From: an uncultured Candidatus Rokubacteria bacterium
GTDB taxonomy: Bacteria; Methylomirabilota; Methylomirabilia; Rokubacteriales; CSP1-6
Direction: 5' to 3'
Assembly: GCA_963754315.1 (NCBI GenBank)
Contig: CAVWFS010000008.1
Span: 160,001-224,000, forward strand
Length of the DNA stretch: 64,000 bases
Positions 39,245 through 48,472 of this stretch are shown piece by piece (the stretch's first letter is position 1; every line of letters begins with the position of its first letter). The position numbers and the translations under genes are program-made. The notes under the pieces were generated by a model. That model searched no databases and had not been told where the DNA came from. It was given only the letters and a program-made list of their open reading frames with translations.

Positions 39245-41578
39245 ATGATCGGCCAATCGGTTCGCCGCCGGGAAGACGTTCGATTCCTTACCGGTGGCGG
39301 ATGCTACACCTCCGATCTGCGCCTCGGGGACGTCCTGCACATGGTCGTGGTCCGCAGTCCCCACGCGCACGCTCGGATCCTCCGGATCGACGCGGAGATG
39401 GCGCGCCAGGCGCCTGGTGTGGTCGGCGTGTTCACGATCGACGATCTATCCGAACTGCGGGGCGCCCTTCCCCCGCCCGTCGTCCCCGCGGCCCCGGTCA
39501 AGCCCTATCGGCAATCTGCTCTCGCTGACGGTCTCGTCCGTCACGTCGGGGAGGCTGTGGCCGTGGTGGTCGCCGTCGATGCGTACCGGGCAGCTGATGC
39601 AGCGGAAGTCGTCGGTGTCGAGTACGAGCCACTGGCGGCCACGGTCGACCCCGTGCGAGCCATCGAACGCGATGCCCCGCTCGTCCACGACCACTGGCAA
39701 ACCAACGTGGCGGCGACCGTCGATCTGCAGACCGGGGATCTCGAGAAAGCCCTGCGGGAGGCCACGCTCGTGGTGACCCAGCACCTTCGCTGCGGCCGCC
39801 TCAGCGCGCTGCCGCTGGAGCCGCGGGCTGCCGTCGGGCGGTGGGACCCCACGACCCGTGAACTCCATCTGTGGTCGAGCACGCAAATGCCGTACGGTGT
39901 GCGGCAACGCCTCGCCGAGGCCCTGAAGCTCGACCTCGAGGCGGTGCGGGTCACCGCTCTCGACGTGGGCGGCGGCTTCGGGACGAAAGGTCCCGTGTAT
40001 CCGGAGGAGCTCATCGTCGGCGCGTTGGCGCGTCGCCTCGGCCGGGCCGTTCGTTGGTGTGAGACACGCGAGGGAAGCTTCGTCAGCACCACCCACGCCG
40101 GCGACCAGCTGCATGACGCGACGCTCGCCCTCGACATCGAGGGGAGAATTCTCGCCCTCGCGGACGACTTTCTCATCGACGCCGGCGCGTATCTCCCGCG
40201 CGGTGCCGTGGTGGCCGGAGTCACCGCTGCTCACCTGCTCGGACTCTATCGGATCCCGGTATTCCAGTGCCGCGGCCGCGTGGTGGTGACCCACAAGGTT
40301 CCGAGCGCACCCTACCGAGGCGCCGGCCGCCCCCAGGCGACCTTCGTGGCCGAACGGCTGATGGACATCGCGGCGCGCCGTCTCGGTCTCGATCCGGTCG
40401 AGCTCCGTCGACGCAACCTCATCGGTGCGTCCGACATGCCGTACGATCGTCAGCTGCCGTATCGCGACGGGATGCCGATGATTCACGATTCAGGCGATTA
40501 CCCGACCTTGCTCGAGACGGCGCTGGAGCGCGTCGGCCACGCAACCTTCCGGGCCCGGCAAAGCGCTGCCCGGCGTGAGGGGCGGCTGCTCGGCGCGGGG
40601 GTCGCTGCCTACAACGAGGCCACCGCCATCGGTCCTCATGAGGGTGCTCTTGTCCGCGTTGAGCCCGACGGACGGGTGTGCGTCACCGTGGGGACACCCT
40701 GCCAGGGCCAGGGGCACGAGACGACCTTGGCGCAGATCTGTGCGGAGCGTCTGGACGTTCCTCTGGGCTCCGTGAGCCTGGTGGGAGGAGACACCGCGCG
40801 CTTTCCCGGCAGCGCCGGGACCTATGCCAGCCGCGTGGCGGTTATCGTGGGGACGGCGGTGGCCATGGCCGCGGACGCGGTCCGCGACAAGATCCGACGC
40901 GTGGCAGCGCTGGCCTTCGAATGCGATCCGGCGGACGTGATGGTAGCCAACGGAGGTGCCCAGGTCAGGGGAGCACCGGGTCGTGCTCTCGGTTTGGCCG
41001 AACTGGCCACGGTGGCTTCGCGACCTGACGTCGTGCGGGCGCTCGGCGAGCCGTTTCTCGTCGCCACTCGCTACTACAGCCCCGAGCGGGTGACGTGGGC
41101 TTCAGGTGTTCACGCAGCGCTGGTCGAGGTGGATCGCCTGACGGGGGCCGTGTCGGTTCTCGCGTACCACGCCGTGCACGACGCTGGTCGCGAGATCAAC
41201 CCACGCATCGTCGAGGGGCAGACGCAGGGGGGCGCGGTCCAGGGGATCGGGGCCGCGCTCGGGGAGGAGATCATCTACGACGAAAGCGGCCAGCCGCTCA
41301 CACGCACCCTCATGGACTACGCCCTGCCGCGTGCCGACGGCGTGCCGTGGATCGACGTGGCGAGCCGTGATACTCCGTCACCGCTCAACCCGCTCGGGTT
41401 CAAGGGTACGGGTGAGGGCTCAGCCGTCCCGGGCCCGGCCGTCATCGCCAACGCGGTGGCCGACGCGCTGACTTTGGAAGGTATCGAAATCATCGAGGTG
41501 CCGATCAGGCCCGAGCTGCTTCAAAGGGCCCTCAACGCTCAGGTATACTCGCGCGGAACTGGGGGAGAGCATGGGTGA
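39245..41578 (+). CDS. Xanthine dehydrogenase family molybdopterin-binding subunit (CoxL-like, not form I)
   Basis: IGQSVRRRED, RSPHAHA, GGGFGTK, PYRGAGRP, QGQGHET, GTYASR, KGTGEG. Confidence 0.92.
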   Translation: MIGQSVRRREDVRFLTGGGCYTSDLRLGDVLHMVVVRSPHAHARILRIDAEMARQAPGVVGVFTIDDLSELRGALPPPVVPAAPVKPYRQSALADGLVRHVGEAVAVVVAVDAYRAADAAEVVGVEYEPLAATVDPVRAIERDAPLVHDHWQTNVAATVDLQTGDLEKALREATLVVTQHLRCGRLSALPLEPRAAVGRWDPTTRELHLWSSTQMPYGVRQRLAEALKLDLEAVRVTALDVGGGFGTKGPVYPEELIVGALARRLGRAVRWCETREGSFVSTTHAGDQLHDATLALDIEGRILALADDFLIDAGAYLPRGAVVAGVTAAHLLGLYRIPVFQCRGRVVVTHKVPSAPYRGAGRPQATFVAERLMDIAARRLGLDPVELRRRNLIGASDMPYDRQLPYRDGMPMIHDSGDYPTLLETALERVGHATFRARQSAARREGRLLGAGVAAYNEATAIGPHEGALVRVEPDGRVCVTVGTPCQGQGHETTLAQICAERLDVPLGSVSLVGGDTARFPGSAGTYASRVAVIVGTAVAMAADAVRDKIRRVAALAFECDPADVMVANGGAQVRGAPGRALGLAELATVASRPDVVRALGEPFLVATRYYSPERVTWASGVHAALVEVDRLTGAVSVLAYHAVHDAGREINPRIVEGQTQGGAVQGIGAALGEEIIYDESGQPLTRTLMDYALPRADGVPWIDVASRDTPSPLNPLGFKGTGEGSAVPGPAVIANAVADALTLEGIEIIEVPIRPELLQRALNAQVYSRGTGGEHG

Positions 41579-42572
41579 CGTCGGCATCATGGGCCTGCGC
41601 ATTCCTGGGATGTCGTGGCGGGAGATTCGCGAAAGCGCCGTTCTCGCGGAGGAGCTGGGCTACAGCTGCCTCAGCATGGGCGAATCGTGGGGAGAAGACG
41701 CCTTCACCTCGCTGGCCCAGCTGGCCGCCGTTACCTCTCGCATCCGCATCGGCACCAGCATCGTGCCTGTGTTCGCCCGCTCGCCGGCAAACCTCGCCAT
41801 GACCGCCCTCAATATGGACCGGATGTCCGACGGTCGCTTCTTTCTCGGCCTCGGCACGAGTGGCCAGCTGGTCGTCCAGGACTTGCACGGCGAAACGTTT
41901 CAAAAGCCGCTGACTCGTCTGCGCGAGTACATCGATATCATCCGCAGGGCGGCGCGGGGCGAGTCGCTCGACCACGAGGGAGAATTCTTCCGGATCAAGC
42001 GGTTTCGACTCCGCCTGAGTCCCTATCGCGCGAACCTGCCCATCTACATCGCGGCCCTCAGCCCGCCCAGTCTGCGCCTCACGGGCGAGCTGGCCGACGG
42101 TTGGCTGCCGATCTTCCTCGCTCCCTCGCGGATGACTGCCGTGCTGACCGAGTTGAAGGCGGGAGCCGAGTCCGTGGGACGCGCCTGGCGGGACCTCGTC
42201 ATCTCGCCACAGGTCTCGATCTATGTGACCGACGATGTGGCGGCCGCCCGCGACCGTGAGCGCCCTCACATCGCCTTCTATATTGGCGGTATGGGAGTGT
42301 TCTATCACCAGTACATGCACCGAATCGGTTTCGGTGCCGAGGCCGACCGCGTTCGCGACGCCTATCAGGCTCGCCAGCGAGACCGAGCCGCCCAGCTGGT
42401 CACCGACGAGATGGTGGACGCAATGACCATCATCGGTGCCCCGCGACAGTGCCGCCAGCAAATCCAGGCCTTCTTCGAGGCCGGTGTGCACGAGGTCCGC
42501 CTGGTGTTCAACGAGCCCAACGGAGAGGCATACCTACGGGCCCTCAAGGCCGTGGCCCCTGGTCCGCGGTGA
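41571..42572 (+). CDS. LLM-class flavin (possibly F420)-dependent oxidoreductase
   Basis: ESWGEDAF, RIRIGTSI, GRFFLGLG, PIYIAAL, TGELADGW. Confidence 0.88.
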   Translation: MGDVGIMGLRIPGMSWREIRESAVLAEELGYSCLSMGESWGEDAFTSLAQLAAVTSRIRIGTSIVPVFARSPANLAMTALNMDRMSDGRFFLGLGTSGQLVVQDLHGETFQKPLTRLREYIDIIRRAARGESLDHEGEFFRIKRFRLRLSPYRANLPIYIAALSPPSLRLTGELADGWLPIFLAPSRMTAVLTELKAGAESVGRAWRDLVISPQVSIYVTDDVAAARDRERPHIAFYIGGMGVFYHQYMHRIGFGAEADRVRDAYQARQRDRAAQLVTDEMVDAMTIIGAPRQCRQQIQAFFEAGVHEVRLVFNEPNGEAYLRALKAVAPGPR

Positions 42573-42596
42573 CGACGGGGTCAGGGGAGGCTTGAG

Positions 42597-43367
42597 ATGG
42601 CAGGAATTCTTCTCGAGGGTAACGCGGTAACGGATGAGGAGCGCGCCGCCCACGCCCGGGCGTTGGCAGCGGAGAAGCGCATCGCCTCGCGGCGGCGGGC
42701 CACAAGCCTCAAGGCACGGGTCGGAGGCCCCAAGCTGGCCAAGGCGCTGCAGGTTCCTGGACCCGTGCGGCACGATCGCATCGTGGAGCCTGGCCCCTTC
42801 TCGTGCATGCTCGCGGCCGGTGATCATCTGCGTATCATCGACCTCGAGGGCCAGCAGGCCGTGGATTTTCTCGTATACGACGCGGCGAACGCGGAGAACC
42901 GCTACAACGCCGCCAACACGATCAAGATCAACCGGTCGATCTACGTGGGGACCGGCGGCCGGCTCATCTCCGACCTGGGCGACGTGCTGATGACCGTGAG
43001 CGAGGATACGGTGGGCCATCACGACACGCTCGGGGGCTGCTGCAGCACCGAGGTCAACGCCCTGCGCTACGGCATCAAGGGGACGGCGAGCTGCCGCAAC
43101 AACTTCATCGCCGCGCTGGCCGAGCACGGGCTCGGCTCCCGCGACATCGTCGCCAACCTCAATTTCTTCATGAATGTGCCCGTGCGCCCGGACGGCTCCA
43201 CCGAGATCGTGGAAGGATTGTCCGAGCCCGGCGACTTCGTCGATCTACGGGCAGAGAGAAACGTGCTGGTGGTCATCTCCAACTGCCCTCAGCTCTACAA
43301 TCCATGCTCGGGATGGGACCCGACCCCGATCCGCCTCATCGAATGGCGGCCGCCGAGCGAGGCGTGA
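42597..43367 (+). CDS. DUF1989 / urea-carboxylase-associated protein (UAAP2/CgdB-like)
   Basis: LRIIDLEGQQAVD, HDTLGGCC, SCRNN, NFFMNVPV, SNCPQLYNPC. Confidence 0.85.
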   Translation: MAGILLEGNAVTDEERAAHARALAAEKRIASRRRATSLKARVGGPKLAKALQVPGPVRHDRIVEPGPFSCMLAAGDHLRIIDLEGQQAVDFLVYDAANAENRYNAANTIKINRSIYVGTGGRLISDLGDVLMTVSEDTVGHHDTLGGCCSTEVNALRYGIKGTASCRNNFIAALAEHGLGSRDIVANLNFFMNVPVRPDGSTEIVEGLSEPGDFVDLRAERNVLVVISNCPQLYNPCSGWDPTPIRLIEWRPPSEA

Positions 43368-43376
43368 AGGAGGATC

Positions 43377-44567
43377 ATGGACTTCGAGTACACCGCCGAG
43401 CAGCAGGCGTTCCGACGGCAGGTCCGCGACTGGCTGGCGACCAACCTTCCCCCCGAGCTCTGTCTCGACGATCCTGCCGACGATCGCGTGGCGTCCGATC
43501 GGGAGACGTTTGAGCGCCGGTGCGCGTGGCAGAAAACGATGCACGCGGCGGGCTGGGTGGGCATCACGTGGCCGCAGGAGTACGGCGGCCGGGCAGCCGG
43601 GCTGATCGAACGGGTGATCTGGGACGAGGAGTACTCTGCTGCTCGGGCACCCGTCCTCCCGGGCGCGATGGGTCTGAACCTGGTTGGTCCCACCATCATC
43701 CACTGGGGTACCGACGCGCAGAAACGGGAGCATCTTCCGGCGATTCTGAACGCCGACGAGATCTGGTGCCAGGGGTTCTCCGAGCCGGGGGCGGGCTCTG
43801 ACCTGGCCGGTCTTCAGACACGAGCGGTAGAGCGCGGGGATCACTTCGTTGTCAACGGCCAGAAGGTGTGGACGTCGGGCGCGCACTTCGCGCAGTGGAT
43901 CATCCTGCTCGCCCGCACCAACGCCGAGGCGCCCAAGCACCAGGGGATCAGCGCCTTCTTGGTTCCCATGACGACACCCGGCATTACCGTGCGCCCACTG
44001 GTGTTGATGACCGGCCACCGTCACTTCAACGAGGTCTTCTTCGAGGACGTCGCCGTGCCCAGGGCAAATCTCCTCGGCCCGCTCCACCAGGGCTGGAAGG
44101 TGTCCACGACCACCCTGATGTACGAGCGGCATTCCTCGGGTGCGCGCAGCCCGGTCGCGCAAGTAGCCCGCCTCATGGCGCTGGCGCGCACCGTGGAGCA
44201 CGAAGGCCGGCCCGCCTGGGAGAACCCGTGGATTCGCCAACGTCTGACACAACTCGCCATCGACTGTGAAGCGCTCAAGTACACCCGCCTGCGTAGTCTG
44301 ACCCGCCAGCTCCGGGGCGAGCCGCCCGGGCCCGAGGGATCCATCCTCAAGCTGACCGGGTCCGAACTAGGGGTGCGGATCGCCGACGTGGCGGGCGAGC
44401 TGCTCGGGATCCACGCCTTGGTCAACGAGCCGTCGGCCATGGTGCCGGACGCTCCTCGCTGGCTGAATCGAATGATCGCCGCGCGCCAGTACACCATCTC
44501 GGCCGGCACCAGCGAGATCCAGCGCAACATCATCGGCGAACGCGTGCTCGGGCTTCCCAAAGGGTGA
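43377..44567 (+). CDS. Acyl-CoA dehydrogenase family protein
   Basis: WCQGFSEPGAGSDLA, NGQKVWTS, FNEVFF, AGTSEIQRNII. Confidence 0.93.
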   Translation: MDFEYTAEQQAFRRQVRDWLATNLPPELCLDDPADDRVASDRETFERRCAWQKTMHAAGWVGITWPQEYGGRAAGLIERVIWDEEYSAARAPVLPGAMGLNLVGPTIIHWGTDAQKREHLPAILNADEIWCQGFSEPGAGSDLAGLQTRAVERGDHFVVNGQKVWTSGAHFAQWIILLARTNAEAPKHQGISAFLVPMTTPGITVRPLVLMTGHRHFNEVFFEDVAVPRANLLGPLHQGWKVSTTTLMYERHSSGARSPVAQVARLMALARTVEHEGRPAWENPWIRQRLTQLAIDCEALKYTRLRSLTRQLRGEPPGPEGSILKLTGSELGVRIADVAGELLGIHALVNEPSAMVPDAPRWLNRMIAARQYTISAGTSEIQRNIIGERVLGLPKG

Positions 44568-44589
44568 CGGGCTCGGTCGGCCTCACCGC

Positions 44590-45672
44590 ATGACACGCCT
44601 CCGCGTGGGCGTCGCCGGTCTCAGCCACGACCATGTATGGAGCAATCTGGCCGCCGTGGCGAACGGGATGTTTGGCCAGCTCGTGGCCGCCGCCGATCCC
44701 GATCCCCGGCTGCGCGCGCGTCTCGAGCAAACGTACGGAGGTGTCCAGACCCATAGCGCGTATGACGACTTCCTCGCGCGCACGGATCTGGACGCGGTGC
44801 TCGTGTTTGCCGACAACCGAACATCGGCCGAGCTCGGGGTGGCCGCGCTGGGCCGCGGGTGGCCAGTCATGGTGGAGAAGCCTATGGCGGCCGACCTCGG
44901 CGGCGCCGAGGCGTTACTGGCTGCTGGTCGGGCCGCCGCCCTGCCGCTCATGATCAACTGGCCTACCGTATGGCGTCCCGCCCTCAGGCACGGGCTCACG
45001 CTCGCCCGGACGGGTGCGGTCGGCGAGCCGGTGCAGCTCAGCCACCGCGGAGGCCACGCTGGTCCCCGCGAGTTCGGGTGTTCCCCGCAGTTCTGCGAGT
45101 GGCTCTACGATCCCGCCCGCAATGGAGGCGGCGCGTTGGTCGACTACTGCGGGTACGGGGCGTTGCTCTGCCGCACGCTCATGGGCCAGCCGCATGAAGT
45201 CGCTGCGGTGGCGGCCTGCTTGCGCAAGGAAGGACTGCCCGCGGAGGACAGCGCCATCGTCGTGCTGCGCTACCCGCGCAGCCTCGGGCTGCTCGAGGCG
45301 AGCTGGACGCAGATCGGGAACGAACCGGCGTTCGCGATGGTCGTGTACGGTGATGCCGGGACGCTCGTGGTGCACCAGCCCCGCGCCCTCCGGGAGGGTC
45401 AGCCGATCGCGACCGGCCGCATCGAGCTGGTCACCGGCACCGACCGCCAAACCATCGATGTGCCCTCGCTCCCTCCCGACGAGCGAGATGGTCCGACCTA
45501 CTTCCTCTCGCGCGTCCGGGAGGGGCGGCTCGTCGAGGGGTTGTGCGCGCCTGAGGTCGGTCGCGACGTGCAAGAGATACTGGAGGCGGCGCTGGTCTCG
45601 AGCGCGACGGGCCGCTCGGTGGCGCTTCCCTTGGCTGACCAGGCTCTTCGACGACGTGAGGCGATTCGATGA
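44590..45672 (+). CDS. Gfo/Idh/MocA family oxidoreductase
   Basis: N-terminal Rossmann fold, VEKPMA, GGGALVDYCGY. Confidence 0.88.
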   Translation: MTRLRVGVAGLSHDHVWSNLAAVANGMFGQLVAAADPDPRLRARLEQTYGGVQTHSAYDDFLARTDLDAVLVFADNRTSAELGVAALGRGWPVMVEKPMAADLGGAEALLAAGRAAALPLMINWPTVWRPALRHGLTLARTGAVGEPVQLSHRGGHAGPREFGCSPQFCEWLYDPARNGGGALVDYCGYGALLCRTLMGQPHEVAAVAACLRKEGLPAEDSAIVVLRYPRSLGLLEASWTQIGNEPAFAMVVYGDAGTLVVHQPRALREGQPIATGRIELVTGTDRQTIDVPSLPPDERDGPTYFLSRVREGRLVEGLCAPEVGRDVQEILEAALVSSATGRSVALPLADQALRRREAIR

Positions 45673-46824
45673 GCGAAGAAACGTGGAACGAGGCGATCGA
45701 CCGAATGCTCACGCGCGTCCGGGACACGGCGGGCCGGGTGAAGGACGGCTTTCCTCACTGGGCCCATCCCGATTCGGGGGAGTGGACGACCACCCGCGAC
45801 GGCGACTGGACGGGCGGATACTGGATCGGAATGCTGTGGCTCGCCGCCCATGCGACCGGCGACGCGCGATACCGGGCGTGGGCGGAGCCGCTCACCGACA
45901 CGCCTGCGCGCGCGGATCGATGCCGAGACGGTCTTCAAGTCGTTCCCCGCGTATTACGGCGCCGCGCTGGGCTCGATCCTCCATGGCCTGCCGTCCGCCC
46001 GGGACATTGCTCTGCGAACCGCTCAACGACTGGCCACGCTCTATGCGCCTCCCCTCAAGCTGATTCCCCTCGGGCCGCAGGCGGAGGAAGGCGCCCACGT
46101 CGGAAGCACAGAAACCAGCATCGACAGCCTGCAGGCGGCCCCCTTCCTCTTCTGGGCGGCCCGCGAGAGCGGCGACACGACAATCCGCGCCACAGCCGTC
46201 GACCACGCGGAGACGATCATCCACCTGCATCTTCGGCCCGACGGATCATTCATCCAGTCGAGCTCGCTCGACGCGGCCAGCGGTCAGCTCGTCCGGCACT
46301 ACACCCACAAGGGCTACAGCGATTCGAGCACGTGGGGGCGGGCCCAAGGCTGGGGCATGCTGTTCGCGACTCAGAGCTATCTCGCCGAACGAGCACGTTC
46401 CGCCTGGCTCACGGCGGCGATGCGTGGCGCGGACTGGTGGCTGGCCAACGTGCCACCGGACCGGGTGGCCTTCTGGGACTTCGATGATCCCGCCATTCCC
46501 GAGACCGAGCGCGATACAGCCGCGACCGCCATTGCCTTGGCCGCGCTGGTCAAGCTCAGCCTCGTTGCCGTCCCGGAGGCCAAGCGCAGCCTCTATCGTC
46601 AAGCGGCCGAAGCGACCGCCCGCGCTCTGGTGACCCGGTACCTCACGCCGACTCAGGCGTCGGACCGACGTGTCCCCGGAATGCTGACCGAGGCCTGCTT
46701 CAACAAGCGGGCCGACGCACGGCCGCAGGACAAGGCGAACCGCTGCGAATTCATCGTGGGGAGTTACTACCTGTTGGAGAGCCTGCTCGGCCTCGCTGGC
46801 CGCCTCGATCCGGTGTCCGTGTAA
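45669..46824 (+). pseudogene. GH88-like (unsaturated glucuronyl hydrolase fold) protein interrupted by a 1-nt insertion (real frameshift or sequencing error)
   Basis: The N-part has FPH..., DWTGGYWIGMLW; the C-part in another frame has HTHKGY-like YTHKGY, STWGRAQGW, WDF, RDTAATAI. Frames join around 45895-45900 (CTC ACC GAC A CGC CTG). Confidence 0.8.
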
Positions 46825-46873
46825 TCGGGGAGGGGACTGTCTCGCGTTTCGGGGCCGTTGCCCCGTCCCACGA

Positions 46874-48472
46874 TTGCTGCGAAAATCGATGTCCACTGCC
46901 GTGAGAGTCCCGGACGCTGGCGGAAGTTCCGCGAGGGGCCGCTCCATCTCCGCCCAGAGGATGATCCTGGATGCCCTCCCCGCGCATGTCGCTCTTCTGG
47001 ATGCGCAGGGAGCGATCATTGTCGTCAATCGAGCGTGGAGAGAGTTCGCGCTCCTCAACCTCTTCGGCGGAAACGCAGGGGTGGGGGAGAATTACCTCGA
47101 GGTGTGCGACCGATCCTTCCGCTCCGGCGTGCAAGAAGCGGGAGGCATATCAGTCGGAATTCGCGACGTGCTGGCGGGCCGCAGCGAGTTGTTCGAGCAG
47201 GAGTATTCCTGTCACTCGCCCGCCGAGCAGCGCTGGTTTCGCGTGACCGTATCCGCGATTCGCGGAGAGGGACCGGCCGGGGCCGTGGTCATGCATGTCG
47301 ACGTGACCGAGCGTCATCTGGCCGAAGATGCTCTCAAGCGGAGCGAGGACGAGCACCGGGCTCTGATCGAAGGGTCGATTCAGGGCATCTGCATCCACCG
47401 TGACTTCATCATCCAGGTGGCCAACCCGGCTGTGGTCCGGATGTTCGGCTACGCGAGTCCAGCGGACCTGATCGGAAGGGATATCGGTATCCTGGTCGCT
47501 CCCCATGAGATTCCTCGGCTACAGCCCTATACGGCGGCTCGCCTCCGGGGCGATGCAGTACCCAGCCGCTACGAACTTCAAGGTGTCTGTCGGGACGGTA
47601 CGCTGATCTGGATCGAGACGGTCGTGTCCGTCGTCGCCTGGAAAGGCGCGCCGGCTATTCTCGCCACCTTGGTGGACGTCACGGACAGGAAGCGGACCGA
47701 GGAGGCGCTCCGCCAGAGTGAGGAGCAGCTCCGTCAGGCCCAGAAGATGGAGGCCATCGGCCGCTTGGCCGGGGGCGTGGCCCACGATTTCAACAATCTG
47801 CTGACGGTGATCATCGGGCGGAGCGAAGTCCTGGCCAAGGCTCTTCCCGCGCACGATCCCTTGCGCAGGCAGGTCGAGCTGATCGACCGAACGGCCGTTC
47901 GGGCCAGCCGGCTCACCCAGCAGCTGCTCGCCTTCAGCCGCAACCAGGTCTTGCAGCCTACTACCGTGGACGTGAACAGTGCTGTCCACGACGTGTCGAG
48001 CATGCTGCAGTCGCTCATCGGTGACGATGTGGTCCTCGACATCGCGACAGGGGCCCAGCGCGCGGCCGTGAAGGTTGATCGCCATCAGCTCGAGCAGGCG
48101 ATCGTCAATCTCGTCATCAACGCCCGCGACGCCATGCCCTTCGGGGGACGGCTCGCCATCGCTACCGCCAACGGCACGCTCGATGCGGGCGGGGCACGCG
48201 AGCAGGATGACCCTCCAGGCCCTTACGTCATCCTCTCCATCGCCGATACTGGGCTCGGGATGCCACCCGAAGTCCGGGCCCGAGCCTTTGAGCCCTTCTT
48301 CACGACCAAAGGGCGCGGCCAGGGAACCGGCCTCGGCCTGTCGATGGTCTACGGCTTCGTCAAGCAGAGCGGTGGTGACATCGCCATCGAGAGTGAGTCG
48401 GGCCGGGGGACGACCGTTCGCATTTACCTGCCGCTGCAGGCGGGGCAGGTCAGCGGCGGGCGAGATGGGTGA
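46874..48472 (+). CDS. PAS-PAS sensor histidine kinase (CckA/NtrB-like) without receiver domain
   Basis: Two PAS/PAC domains, [43 protein letters not shown]. Start uncertain (46874/46889/46961). Confidence 0.87.
   Translation: MLRKSMSTAVRVPDAGGSSARGRSISAQRMILDALPAHVALLDAQGAIIVVNRAWREFALLNLFGGNAGVGENYLEVCDRSFRSGVQEAGGISVGIRDVLAGRSELFEQEYSCHSPAEQRWFRVTVSAIRGEGPAGAVVMHVDVTERHLAEDALKRSEDEHRALIEGSIQGICIHRDFIIQVANPAVVRMFGYASPADLIGRDIGILVAPHEIPRLQPYTAARLRGDAVPSRYELQGVCRDGTLIWIETVVSVVAWKGAPAILATLVDVTDRKRTEEALRQSEEQLRQAQKMEAIGRLAGGVAHDFNNLLTVIIGRSEVLAKALPAHDPLRRQVELIDRTAVRASRLTQQLLAFSRNQVLQPTTVDVNSAVHDVSSMLQSLIGDDVVLDIATGAQRAAVKVDRHQLEQAIVNLVINARDAMPFGGRLAIATANGTLDAGGAREQDDPPGPYVILSIADTGLGMPPEVRARAFEPFFTTKGRGQGTGLGLSMVYGFVKQSGGDIAIESESGRGTTVRIYLPLQAGQVSGGRDG

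Noticed and set aside
39245..41578. Form I aerobic CO dehydrogenase (coxL)
   Set aside because: The loop is PYRGAGR, not AYxCSFR, and there are no coxM/coxS or accessory genes.
42573..42596. Guanidine riboswitch ahead of the DUF1989 gene
   Set aside because: The gap is only 24 bp and shows no riboswitch motifs.
46850..46865. Intrinsic terminator after the GH88-like gene
   Set aside because: Only a 6-bp stem with no U-tract; expected by chance at this GC content.
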